From Neophaeotheca triangularis (Eukaryota), in contig BAAIJX010000016.1 of NCBI GenBank assembly GCA_054600435.1, forward strand, positions 248,001 to 312,000: a stretch of 64,000 nucleotides of DNA, given 5' to 3'. The notes under the pieces are model-generated. The model made no database searches. It worked only from the letters and a program-made list of their open reading frames with translations, and was not told where the DNA came from. Numbering within the stretch: the first letter of the stretch is position 1; the number at the start of each line of letters is the position of its first letter. Shown one piece after another: positions 21,232 through 33,547 of the stretch. Position numbers and translations under genes: made by a program.

Positions 21232-22835
21232 ATGTCGAACTTTGGCAAGCTCTACACCTACCCGGTATGCCCACCAACAAGACCCCTCCAGCCCCACCGC
21301 TCTCCTGAGAGAAATCCGCATAAATAGTACCAGACAACAAGACCTCCTCCGCTGACACGGTACAACTCTAGGGCAACCCCAGGTCCACGGCCATCCGCGC
21401 TGTGGCAAAGGCCAACAACCTCAACCTCGAGGAGGTCCACACCGAGCCGGCCAAGGGCGTCTCCGACGACTACAAGCTGCTCAACAAGCTCGGCAAGGTC
21501 CCAACCTTTGAGGGCCAGGATGGCTACATTCTCAGCGAGTGCATCGCCATCGCCATCTACGGTATGTCCCGCCTGCGCTCGGCACGCGCATTGCATTGCA
21601 CCTTCACTCTCCCCGCAAAAGGATGAAAATCAAATATCAAACAGTTATCCCTGTCTGAAGACTATTGTTGAGAACGTATTCACACTCTGATATTTACAAT
21701 CACCTCACCACACACATTAGCACTCTCCTTCCTAGATCCCAGCGCTAATATGCAATTACAGTCACCTCCCAAAACGAGAAGACCACCCTCCTCGGCAAGA
21801 CCAAGCAGGACTATGCCTCCATCCTGAGGTGGATGTCCTTCGCCAATTCCGAGATCCTTCCCGCCCTCGGTGGTTGGTTCCGCCCCCTCATTGGCCGTGA
21901 CCCCTACAACAAGAAGAGCGTCGAGGAGAACATGAAGACCACCCAGCGCAACATGAAGACCCTCGAGGACCACCTCATGATCAACACCTACCTCGTCAGC
22001 GAGCGTCTTACTCTCGCCGACATCTTCGCCGTCGGTATCGTCAGCCGCGGCTTCCAGTTCTTCTTCGACAAGGAATGGCGCTCTGAGCACCCTTCCATCA
22101 CGAGGTGGTACGAGACCGTCTACAACCAGCCCATCTACTCAGAGGTTGCCGACAAGCTTGAGTTCATCGAGAAGGCCATCCCCAACCAGCCCCCGAAGAA
22201 GGAGGAGGCTCCCAAGAAGGAGCAGGCCAAGAAGCAGGAGAAGCCCAAGGCTCAGGCAGAGGAGGAGCCCGAGGAGGCCCCCAAGCCCAAGCCGAAGCAC
22301 CCTCTTGAGTCTCTGCCAAAGGCCACCTTTGTCATTGACGACCTGTAAGTTGCATTAGGTCCTTGTTCCGATTGAAATTGTAGCTAACAAGCTCAACAGG
22401 AAGCGCAAATACTCCAACGAGGAGACCCGTGAGGTCGCCCTCCCCTGGTTCTGGGAGAACTGCAACTTCGAGGAATACTCCATCTGGCGCTGCGACTTCC
22501 TCTACAACGAGGAGCTGACCATGACCTTCATGTCGGCCAACCAAATCGGCGGCTTCTTCGCTCGTCTCGAAGCCTCGCGCAAGTACATCTTCGGCGCCAT
22601 GTCCGTCTTCGGCCAGACCAACGACAGCGCCATGCTCGGTGCTTTCGTCGTCCGCGGCCAGGAGCACGCCCCCGTCTTCGATGTCGCCCCCGACTGGGAG
22701 AGCTACAAGTTCACCAAGCTCGACCCCACCAAGGCCGAGGACAAGGAGTTTGTCAACGACATGTGGGCCTGGGACAAGGCGATCGAGTACAACGGCAAGG
22801 AGATGCCTTGGGCTGACGGCAAGGTCTTCAAGTAG
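21232..22835 (+). CDS. TEF4: Translation elongation factor eEF1B-gamma
   Basis: Exons 21232-21264, 21372-21561, 21762-22344, 22400-22835. GST-like N-terminal domain, Lys/Glu linker, KRKYSNEETREVALPWFWE, ends DGKVFK. Strong codon bias. Confidence 0.97.
21620..21690 (+). ncRNA. snR38: Box C/D snoRNA snR38 in eEF1B-gamma intron 2
   Basis: C-like AGGATGA (21620). Guide GTTATCCCTGT (21644-21654) is complementary to LSU rRNA ACAGGGAUAAC and is followed by D' CTGA. Terminal D CTGA at 21687-21690. Yeast snR38 is also hosted in the TEF4 intron. Confidence 0.9.
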
Positions 22836-22978
22836 AGTGGAGTCTAGTCTAAAAGGACTGGCCCGCTTGCTTGTGATCTGAATGAAAGACGAAGCTGAAA
22901 AGTGTTTTTTACCCGAATGCTGAGAACAACGAAGAGTCGATGTGATGGCTGTGACGCGATGGGCATGATGTGCACGAG

Positions 22979-23900
22979 CTAGCTAAATGCTAAACCTCTT
23001 TTTTCCCCTTCCGCCTCACCAGCGCTTCTTTTTGCTTGCCAAGTAGATATCACGTCGAGGCTCGATCTACGTATACCCAGCAATTCGCAGGCGATGGTTC
23101 CGCGCGTTGTCAACGTTACCTTTCGAACTTCTCTCTTGTAGTCTTTTGCGAACCCAAGTGGTTTACCTTGACTCATCGTAATGTTGATGTTGACAAAATC
23201 TCGCGTACCTAGGTAGCTTGGGCCGGTTCGCGAGGGAGAAAAGGCTGTCGCATTTGATCGTGCAAAATGAGCATCAAGGGCATCTGATCTCTCAATGGCC
23301 TCTCCTACCATGAACCCGATAACGAAATTCAGCAGCAAGTAGAATCAGAAACGGCATTTACTCGGGCATCAGGGGCGAGCAATGCCAGTTGCTGGCCGAT
23401 AGTTGCGCGCTTTGAAAGCTATTGTCGCCACTCTCACAGTACATTGACTCTTTCGATACACCTCCAGGGGCCCTGATGCATCCGGGTTTGTGATAAGTAG
23501 CTCTCTATCACTGAGGATGCCATATTCCTATGGTACCGTTGTCACGTCGTACTGTGACTGGTTGGGCAGGGCATCGTGTGAGTTGCCATTGGTTGCACAG
23601 CGAATTTTCGCGGTCTTCGAACATAATGCTCGACTAGCGATTGCCATACGCCTGTATTAATGGAGGCTATGGTCTGAGCCAGGTGGGAGTAGATGAGATG
23701 CAAAAGCAAGAGGGTCGAGAGTAGCTGGTCCGGCCTACCATTTCCTTTTCCATCGCGAAGACGATGTCTCTGAAGCATCTATACATCTGGGACAATGAAT
23801 ATTGAGCGGTTCCTCGACCACCGTCGCTAGTGCCGATGTCTATGTATCTGCTGATGCATAGAAAGGTGAAGTGCGAGATCAGGGCGATATCAGTCGCCAA
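22979..23900 (-). pseudogene. Remnant of an APC-family amino acid/amine (GABA/choline-type) permease
   Basis: Fragments in different frames and in the expected order: SINTGVWQS, EHYVRRPRKFAVQPMA, YGILSDRELLITNPDASGPLEVYRKSQCTVRVAT, LLNFVIGFMVG, SRTGPSYLGTRDFVNINIT. Boundaries approximate. Confidence 0.5.
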
Positions 23901-24179
23901 GAGCTCCGGCGTCCGATCGGCAAGGTGGAGAAACCGCTATTCTAAGGACGACCTCTTCTATTCACTCTCGCGACTGCAACCTGCTATCAGCTCTGTTCTC
24001 CTGTGTCCAGGACTCCCGGTAAATGCATAAGCCGCCATGCTCCGATATGCCTGAGACAAAAGGCCGAGCGAGTCTGGCGCCTGCAGCGTCTAGCTGCTCC
24101 ATCATCTTTGACACTAGTCCTCCTAGATACGGTGCGTAAACGTGCCGCCGGCGACCATGACTTAGCAACCGACAAGGCA

Positions 24180-25420
24180 ATGAAGACACGCCTCGAGGTT
24201 GAGAACTGGAGGTCTCACGTGTCGCGGCCGGAGAAAACGCTGCGACGGGATACGACCAGCATGCTGAGCCTGCAGACCCTTGAATATGGAGTGCACCCTT
24301 CAAGGCCAGCGCAATACTAACGTGGAGGGGGTTTCCAAACCGCCAACAACACCGCAAGGAGCCTCGCAGCTTCTGCCGGATGTGAGCTTCAATTATGCGA
24401 CCCAAGGCCGCAAGATTCTCAGCTACTACGTTGGGTGTTTTGTGCCTGCCATCTCCGTTGCCACGACTCCTACAAGCTTCTACACTTCCCTATACGTACC
24501 TATGGCCTTTCAGTCGGACAGTGTGCTGAACGCACTAATCCCATGTGCCGCTTTGCATCCCTCTCGGATGGCGTCTGGAGCGCGGCAAGTATCTTACTAC
24601 CGCGACCTATCTGATAGATTTGCTAGTAAATGCCATGGCTTTTTTCCAGGAGCGGTTTTCCGTGGCTGTTCAGCCATTGAACGAGCCTCTGCAATAAATC
24701 CGCCGTAGACAACTGCGGGGTACGTGAGACCCTTGGATGGTGTGACACGGTTCCGACGCTTTTTGTCGACGACACCCAGCTTCTGCCAGTATGACTTTCG
24801 AGAGTGGATGGTCTCGCCTTGTTCGACATATCTTGCCCTGCTCAGCATCTGAAATGGTATTGGCACTAGGCTTGACCTTGGTGGAAGTCCCGGGTTCAAT
24901 TGTGGTCACCGTCATGGGAACCGTTCGCTCGGCCTGTACCTGGCGGCCATATTTTGTTTCTTCCATCAACGAGATACAGTACACAAACGCAATAGCGATC
25001 CAGATGGCAGTCCACCATCAGACTACGTCAGCACTCTACGCTGGGAAAACAGAGGGAATATCTCTGACATACCAGGATCCATCGCCAGTCTTATCCATAG
25101 TTGATAAAACCTGCCAGAGTTGCAGCTAGTCTGCCACTCACAGACAGACTGAAGCCGTATAAGGCAAGAAATTTGGGCCGCTCGTGCTGGAGTCACTAAC
25201 GGAAGTCAGAGAGAGCATTTAAGTGGCTAAGAGACGACTCACGATGCCTGTAATCGAAATCTCGCAGAGCGACTCGACTGGGGCACCGAAGAATCCTCGA
25301 AGGCACATGTTATTGAGAAGAGATGTGCTTCTCACAGTGCAAAGCTTTCTAGCACCTTGATCGACACACAATCGCACGGTCGTTTGGAGAGCGCTTCGAG
25401 CTCTTTGAGCTATATTTCGA
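24180..25420 (+). pseudogene. Zn(II)2Cys6 transcription factor pseudogene (Fungal_trans_2-type body)
   Basis: From 24196: RLRTGGLTCRGRRKRCDGIRPAC*ACRPLNMEC, with the first Cys replaced by Gly (GGT, 24211) and an in-frame TGA at 24265. Downstream LSYYVGCFVPAISV...FYTSLYVPMAFQSDSVLNALI, then frameshifts. 3' end approximate. Confidence 0.8.
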
Positions 25421-25976
25421 GATAAGGTAAGTTATTGATACCGCATCATCAACAGAATTGAGTTACGGGTGCCTCTGATAGATTGTCTTCCTCTAGACGT
25501 CGTAGACGCTCTGAGCTTGACAGCGATGGCTTCCAAGGTTCTTGAGGCAACTGAATGAGGTCTCCACTCCTTGATATCATCAACTGATAAGGACCATCCC
25601 TCGTCCAGACTATGCTCTGCAACGTTGCTCTGTATCTTGCTGCGGGTAATACAACCATATATCAGCCAACAGACCCTTATCAATTGACGAAGTATCTATC
25701 CGCGACGCTACGCTGATGAATTGGAGGTAGGCATCAGGTGGCGTATAAAGGTCTTGGGCGCTTGTCGGAGCATGCGCTGACAAGGTAGTCAACCCAGGCC
25801 CGATATCATTGAACTTTTCAACGTGCTATCTCAACAGCATCTAAAAGGCGAAACGTCGCAATCATCAGCCGGACTGCGATCCATTCTTGCATCTCATAAC
25901 CAACACAGTGGTAGACCAAGATGCATGGCACGACACGATGCTTGAGGCTCGTACAACACCTAGCTTGCAGTTTTCC

Positions 25977-28126
25977 ATGCCCCCGTTGCAACATATCTCA
26001 GAGAAGGAGATATTGCAGGCCAGGGACATTGTGCTCGCAAAGTTAAGGCGAGGCGAAGGCTACTCCAACAATGTGCGCTTCAGAGGCACCTCGCTCCACG
26101 ACCGCCCAAAGCACTTTTATTGCCTTACCTTGATGCCGAAGCGGGAGGCTTCCCTCCAGCCTGGCAACCTTTTGTTCCTCGATGTTTAGAGGTCATCTGG
26201 GCGACTCACGATGAGAGACAGGTCTGCGAGAGCATTGCGTTAGAAGTCTCGCAATCATGCCCTCGAAAAGGACAGCATGGAACGATTGCTAGTGACCTAA
26301 GTGAAGATGAAAGAGGAAGTAGCACCGACTGATGAAGAGGGCTGCGGGTCCGAGGCCAAAGCAGCTGTAGGCCAAATCTTGAACGATGTCCTCGTGATCA
26401 ACGTTATCACAGAACTCGGTCTAGCGGACGGGGGGCCACAGTACTTTGCGACCCCTGGATGAGGGGGGAAGTGACCACGACAGCGACGAAGACATCAACA
26501 AATTCATACGAGGCTACTTGTAAGCACTCGCTCCGGGTGAAGATCGTGAAAGGAACCAACACGCCCACTCTCTCACATTTTCGCCCGTGTTGGATCAATA
26601 CGTTGGAGAGGTTAACCGCCTGGAACCGATGGGCAGTGCGGGCCGCGAAGATGGCCATACCTTGAGCACCGCGGGTTGTAATTCCCTGGATCACCGTGCG
26701 CCCAACGAATACCACGAAGGCATCATGTACGTGCTTCTACTGTCGGAGTTGAAGCCACTTTTGGTCGTCCAACCAGACGGGCCCAACTTCAACGTCACGG
26801 ATGAGAATCTTGTATCATGGCAGAAGTGGCGTCTTCTTCAACCATCGGGATGAAATGACGATTCACGATGTAAGATACGATGACCGTCCACTCTTTTACC
26901 GCCTAAGTGTCAGCGGAACGACAGTTCCGTATGAGGTAAGTACTCGTTTCCCAAGACTTTTCATGTCGGCGTGTGATACTTACTCCTCCAGACCCCCGAG
27001 CGCCATTTCATCGCAAGCAGGCAGCAGATCCCGGCGATGCTGGAGTGGGAAGCTGTGCCAACAATCTCAGTCTGGGTTGCGATTGCCTGGGCAGCTCCTG
27101 GCTAAGCGATGGTCAAGGTGATTCCGTGGCAGAACTGAATGTCATCTGTCTACACGAGCAAGACGGCAGCATCGACTGGAAACACACTCGTCGACTCAAC
27201 CACACCGCGAGCGTCGTCCGCGCGCGAAACTTTATCCTGCAATCTATCGTCACGGTCGGTAACTACGAGTACGCCTTCGCTTGGGCGTTTATGCAGAATG
27301 GCAACATCGAGCTTGAGGTTCGAGCCACGGACATTTTGTCGACCTCTTTAATCGAACGCAGGCAAAACTTCAGACTGGGAAAACGTGGCGTTCTGGCAGC
27401 AAATCACCAACCAACATCTCTTCTTGATGCGCGTGGACCCCATACTCGACGGCGCCGCAAGACCCATCCCGCAAGAAGACACCATCCCCGTATCCCAGAG
27501 CAAAGACCAAAACCCCCTGCGGCAACGCCTGGCGAGACGAGCGAGTAAACAACCAACCACACCTCCGGCCCCACGCACGCAAACCTTTCCACCAACCACT
27601 GCTTCAAACCCCATCGACGAAATAAAAAGTCCTCAACCCTGTCTCCGAAAATCCAGTCGGCTACAAACTACACCCCCAGCCCTGCCAACTACTCTTCACC
27701 GCGCCCGCTTCTCCGACTATTACATCCAGGGGACGCGCTACCGTCGACGGCGAACTCTAGTCCACGTGCAAGTGGGCGAGCTACTCGTTACGTAAGAAAG
27801 ACGGCTTGCATGAGATAGATATCGGCTCGAGGTGACGGCGACGGTGTGCGCGACGACGTCGCAGTTATGCTGTGGTGTTCGCTTTTGGCATTGACGCACG
27901 ATTCAAGGGCTGAAGGAATCTCCCCGTCATGCCTGTGGAGGTTTCCGGGCTTGAGCTTGAAAATGGCGGGTTTTTGTTTGGCAAGAACACCCGGCGCGGC
28001 GCTGGATGTGGCGTGGAGTTTGCTGAGGCGCAATCGCGGTGGTTTGTATCCTGGGGTTTTATTAGACGCGGCGAAGGAGAGTTATCGGATGGAAGCTATG
28101 GGGATGTGTTGCTGTGGCGGGCGTGA
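25977..28126 (+). pseudogene. Copper amine oxidase pseudogene
   Basis: Collinear fragments across frames: PLQHISEKEILQARDIV, PLLVVQPDGPNF, VSWQKWR, RPLFYRLSVS..TVPY, DPRAPFHRKQA, ANNLSLGCDCLG, VICLHEQD, TVGNYEY (TPQ motif), HLFLMRVDPILDG, LTHDSRAE, MPVE. Many frameshifts and stops. Confidence 0.9.
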
Positions 28127-29175
28127 TGCGAGAGCTTGTTGTAACGTTAGGGGGTACATGGCGTGTAGGAACGAACAATGCGGTCTTTCACTTCATCCGA
28201 TTCGCCTTCTTGCCGACTATAGAAGCATGTGTTGTATTCCACCTCCCGCAAACAGATCAATGTCCCCAAAAGCGCGTAAAGTGCCTTGTACCTATAGTTA
28301 ATTCATTCATATCCCAAACGCCCACTCCACCCTTCCTATCAATAACTTGCGCCAATCCACCACCATACCCGCTCTCCTTACCACCCACCAAATCCATCTC
28401 AACAAAGTATTGAGTGAGTAACAACAAAGAAAAAGGCAAGCCGCTAATCTCCCCCACAGCGTTCCCAGCAGCAGCAATCCCCACTCGCATAAGCCAAACT
28501 CCAACCCCAAGCCCCAAAAAAACCCCCCCAAACACCAACCCACTGACCCCCAAACCCCCCTCAAAGACCAAAAACCAACAGAGACCTCTAAAAACCCACC
28601 GCGCTGCCAAAAACCCCGTCTCGAAACCCTCGACCCGGCCAGAGATTAGTTCGCAGCCGCTTACAAGGACCCTCACCACGCATTACCAGCAACAGAACAT
28701 CCACAAACAGTAGGTAGGTAGGTAGGTAGCTAGTCTCGAGGCAAAAAAACTCCGAGCACCGAGCAAAATCTCAAGGCAGCGTGAAAAAGTCCCCCTGTTT
28801 CGGGCGCGCGAGCCGCGTGGTAACGCTACCGCGACGCAATCTCCTCGTCTTCCCTGCCGGGCTTTTGCTCTCTCGGGCTGCCTTTTTTTTTTCCGTCCTT
28901 TCTGTTGCTCTGGCGTCCCGGGCCTCTCCGTTCTGTGAGCGGCGGGGTGGTGGCGGATACTCGCTTCTTTGCGTGCTAGCGGGGTTCTATCTCGCTGGAG
29001 AGTGGGTGTGAGGTGCTGAGTAGTAGAGTGATGGCGGGAAAAACAGCCTACCCCCGGCAGGGCTCCCCCCAGTCGATCTACCAGAGGCGTTGCTCTCCCA
29101 CCAACCATGTCCAGCCGGGCCTTTCCACCCTCCCGGTCGCGAGCAAGAGCGCTACACGCCAGCCCCTCGCACACG

Positions 29176-29180
<5 letters not shown>

Positions 29181-29242
<62 letters not shown>
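29181..29242. repeat. (AG)31 microsatellite
   Basis: Perfect dinucleotide run of 62 nt. Confidence 0.98.
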
Positions 29243-29245
<3 letters not shown>

Positions 29246-30544
29246 AAGAAAGCAAGAAAGCAAGCCCATCCCCGCCCCCCCCTGGGCCCTCACTGCCATT
29301 TTCACCCCAGCCCGCGAGCCAGAACCCACACCACGAGACTTATCAGCTCACAGCAACACCAACTACAAGACGACGGAGGAACAAGCCAGCCAGTCGCTCG
29401 TTCGCTCGCCCGACACGAGACCTCCGCTTTCTTTCCGCTAAGAGTAGTGGATTTCCCGAAACGGCAGCTCGGGCTGGGTTGACTTGTGGCGGATGCTATG
29501 CTGGGTTATGGGGTTGAGCTGGGGACTGCCAAAGGGATGATGGGGTTTACTAGTGTTGGGGATAGGAGGGCTGGGGGGTGGGAGGTTGTTGGTGTTGCGG
29601 GAGTTGATGATTCGGGGGGGTTTTGTCGACGGCTTTTCGGGCGACGGGGGGTTGGAAACCCGATGAGCTGGATAGATAGAGGGAGGGGGGAGTTTGGTTG
29701 GTTTGGCTGGGTCGGCTGAGTTGGGTTGCGAGATGGATGGATGGCTGCTGGGTGGTTTGGCAGGATGGCTCGAATCGGCTTGGTTTCACTGCCACCTACC
29801 TACCTTATTACTACCACCTCTGTGCTTTTGCGTCGTCGGGTATATCCTGTAACATAACGATGCTCAAAACCGTCGTCTCGCCCGACGTCCACGGAGTCGG
29901 CTGGCAACAAACACACTCGTCGAAATGCCGCCCGTCGGTCTCAAGAAGCGCGATTTCGCGGTTTTGGGTAGTGCGAGCGTCGAGATTGAAAAACCCCCCA
30001 CGCAAGTCCTTGCAACTCCCAAGACCGGCCGTCAAGAAAGTCGCCCTTCTCCGTCCGACTCCGACGACAACAAAACCCCGGGACTTATCGAAAACAGCGC
30101 GGTGAGTCAGCACGCAATACCTACCTTACCCAACCTGAGGTACCTTGTTCACCGACACGGCTCACGCCACCGTCCGGCCGCCTTGGATAGTTACCGTATT
30201 ACAGGCCAGCTACACCCAAGTTCCAACGCAAAAGTACCTAGTCGCGGCAAGAAGAGGGAACAACCCCCTAAGCGCCTCAGGCAAGCAACCCCCACTCTCG
30301 CGCTTCTCCAAACGCCCTTGCGCACGACCTAACGCGACCTACTGTACCAACGACGAAAACGATAAAGTATTGCGAAGAAAGCGCGGCAGAAGCAGTTGAG
30401 TTAGTAGTAGTAGTACCTAGTATAAGTAACTACTACTAAGGCAAAGTCAAACTAGCATAGCAGCAGTAGCAGTAGCAGTAGTACCTCGCCCGCGCTAATC
30501 TAGAAGCGGGGATTCATGGATAACTAAGGTACAAGTCGTGCGGG

Positions 30545-30569
30545 CTGACCTGACCTGACCTGACCTGAC
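30545..30569. repeat. (CTGAC)5 microsatellite
   Basis: Direct reading. Confidence 0.9.
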
Positions 30570-33514
30570 TAGTCGTTCGACCTTGGACCTTGGGCTTTCG
30601 ACCTTCGGGGGGTTCTATGGACTATGATTTTATTTTGGAAAGCCGATTTCGACCGGTACGCTCCCGAGCTAACGGGTTTAGTGGCGGCAGGGCTGAGTCG
30701 TTTGTCTATGATCGGGTACTTGTACAGAGGGGGGTGAACTTGTCCGTCTGAGAAGTGCTATCCAAAAGTCATCAAAAGACGTTCGGGACTCGCGAGTGCC
30801 CTAGGTAGACTAGGGAGTTTGCTTGACTAATAGTTAGTAGTAGGTGTATGTATGTGTATATGTAGGTCGTACATAGCTATCATCGAGTCGCGTGAACTTT
30901 TGTCTCCATATCTATATACTACTGTGCCTACCTTGCTAAATTAGCTGCTGCTTCTCCTCGTCGTGTCGTTGACTACCTTACTACTACTAGAGTATGGAGA
31001 CACGGAGAGGCTTTGGCACTAATAATCTGATGACGAAGGTGGTGGTTTTGGTGTGGAGAGGTGCTATTTTGACCTGCTAGAAAGTCTAGACAGAACTAAT
31101 GTATTGTGTTGGTGGGGACGGGCGCGTTTTCTAGCTGCGTGAGAAGGTTTTCTTCTCTTTTGCAGGTCGACGTGTCGATGAGGGAATTCGTGAGCGTCTC
31201 TTTTTTTTTTTTTTTTTTGGCCTTCTTGTGAAAGAATTCTGGCTCTTGATGTTTGTTTAGAGTTATGCCTGTCATCGTTGTGATCTGACAGTGTGTGTTG
31301 CTACGGACTATGGTCCCTTTTTTTGGCCGGGTTGATATGCTCCTATGCTCTAACGAGGCGATTGGTGGTGAGGCGATTCGCTTGGGTACCTGGCTGGGAG
31401 GTACTGTTGCTTTCCGAGGTATCGCTATTAACAGCACCGAGGGCAATTAAAAGGTCGTATTATTTCGAGGTATTTCACGTGCTCGCAAGGCACATTTCCG
31501 CTTGCTTGCTTGCTTGCTTGATTAATTCATCGTACCGTGTATTCTTATCATCGCGTGCTCTACCCTTTCTCGGAGACAAGCGACGGCGCCATCGAGGCCG
31601 AGGGCAATAACAAGACCGAATATGTGGGCTTCTGAGCTGGGCAATCATCATGCCGCGACCGAGTCAAGGTAGGTTGCCACTTGCCACTGCATCCTTTCGA
31701 CTTCCCTCGACTGCTTGCCTTGCACTTCGTCGACGAGAATAAACAATAATCCCTCACTTGCGACCCCACCGCGGCGTACCTCCCTAGTGCCCATCCTTCC
31801 CCAAGATGTTCGAGAAATAGCATCAACGCCGCTTGGAACGGTTGTTGCTGGGCCGGTCTGGTCGGTGGCAGTCACATTATTATTACCTCAGCTGTCTACC
31901 TACCTATTCCCGCAATCGATAATTCGCAATTTGTGCTTTTCCCTTTCCCCCCCCTCTCAATTTTACGATAGGGCGCTTCTACACGTTCCTTTTTTTAGCT
32001 CCATCGCCCAGTCAACACAGTAGTCAACCGTCAACCGTCAACCGTCCCCCATCCAGCAAAGCAAAGTTTCCTTGGGACAGCTCGGCACTAGACGCTAACG
32101 TTACGTACGGCGGCGGGCGGCGAGCGGCGGCGGCGGCGGTGCGGCACAGGAACGAGGAAGACGAGAGGGGCTGATGTCGGAGGATTTGCGTGCATCGGAG
32201 GATAAAATAATATTCTGGCTTTCTTTGAAGGCGGGTGGCCTCGGCGAGAGCTTGGGAGGGTACCTACCTATACGAGTACAGTACCTACGCGAATCACAAT
32301 CCCTCCGTACCTCTGTACTCCCGTAGACCGGTTACCGGCTAGCCGCCCCGAGGAGTAGGGGAGAAAGAGCAAAAGTAAAAGAATCGCGCGTGGCAGCCGT
32401 GGCTTGTTGGCACTGCAGGTCCCGGCCTCTTTCTTCCCGCTGGCCAAGAAGTCTCCATCATTATTATCGTTGCTAGGTACAAGAGATAATTACGTGCAGC
32501 ACCAGCCAGCGCATGCGACAAAAAGACCCCTTGCATGCTTTTCGAGGCCAAGCCAAAACAAAAAAAAAAGAAACCTGCCACCGATGAGAACTGCCCGACT
32601 ACTCTGCGCCTCGTTGATTTTTCTTGCTTCCTTCTTTTCCTGCTTGCCTTTCCGGCCATACGGTCGCGCTTTTAGAGTTTCGTGATCGCCTGGGGAAATG
32701 AGCAATGGTGGTGAATCAGAAGCAAGACACCCTCCCACACGGGGAAGTGTGCGAGAGAGCTAGTTGGTTGATTTAATTTAGTACGATGGTTAGTGTGGCT
32801 GTGGTGATGATGAGAGTAGTCGGTACCCAGTCTTCTTCTTCTTCATTCGCGCTGTTTCTAGGACGGTCGATTTTCCAACTCTCGTGTAATGGCCTGCTTA
32901 GGGCGGGAAAGCTTCTCTCCACGCGCCAACGCTCGACTACGGACTACTAGGTAAGGTACCTAGGTACTGTTATTATTATAGTCGAGGGGAGCGGGACTAG
33001 TAGTAGTTGCTACTCGCGAGTCGGTGAAGTTGTTGTCGGTTTGTTGCTAGAGCACCCGCGAGAACCTGCATGCATCAGTGCATACGAGCCGTCGATAGAG
33101 CGTGGGAACCCCTGCAAACCGCTTACCGGCTCGAACTCTGCCTCATGAACGAGTTCCTCGTCGCGCCATGACGATGATTAGTGTAGGGTGTTTGAGAGGT
33201 GAACACGTGAAGAATAAAGCAAATACTGGACTTGTTCGGCCACGGGATCGGGGTAGGCGAATTGAGTCATGGCACACGGCAGACAAACACAACAGACTAC
33301 TACTACTACCACCTACAATCGTCTGACTCTTGAGAAAAGCTGGAGTGTTGTGCCCCCGCCGATACGAGAACAGCGAGGGAGGGGACGTTGCTGGGGTGGG
33401 CGGAGAGTGAGCAACTTAGAGGAGCAGTCGGCCAATCAAAATTATCTACGAGCGGCCTTCTATTCCTGGCGACGGAGCCAAGCTCGCTAAGAGCTTGCCG
33501 ACCATGCCGTCGAA

Positions 33515-33547
33515 CCACCACCACCACCACCACCACCACACCACCAC
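33515..33547. repeat. (ACC)n trinucleotide microsatellite, one interruption
   Basis: Direct reading. Confidence 0.9.

Noticed and set aside
28683..29517. ORFs with ERERER/LSLSLS runs
   Set aside because: Artefacts of the (AG)31 microsatellite.
30400..33050. RIP-degraded transposon (TpA-rich)
   Set aside because: TpA richness comes from short TAG/GTAC repeats; no TE protein remnants, LTRs or TIRs seen by eye. A RIP index was not computed.
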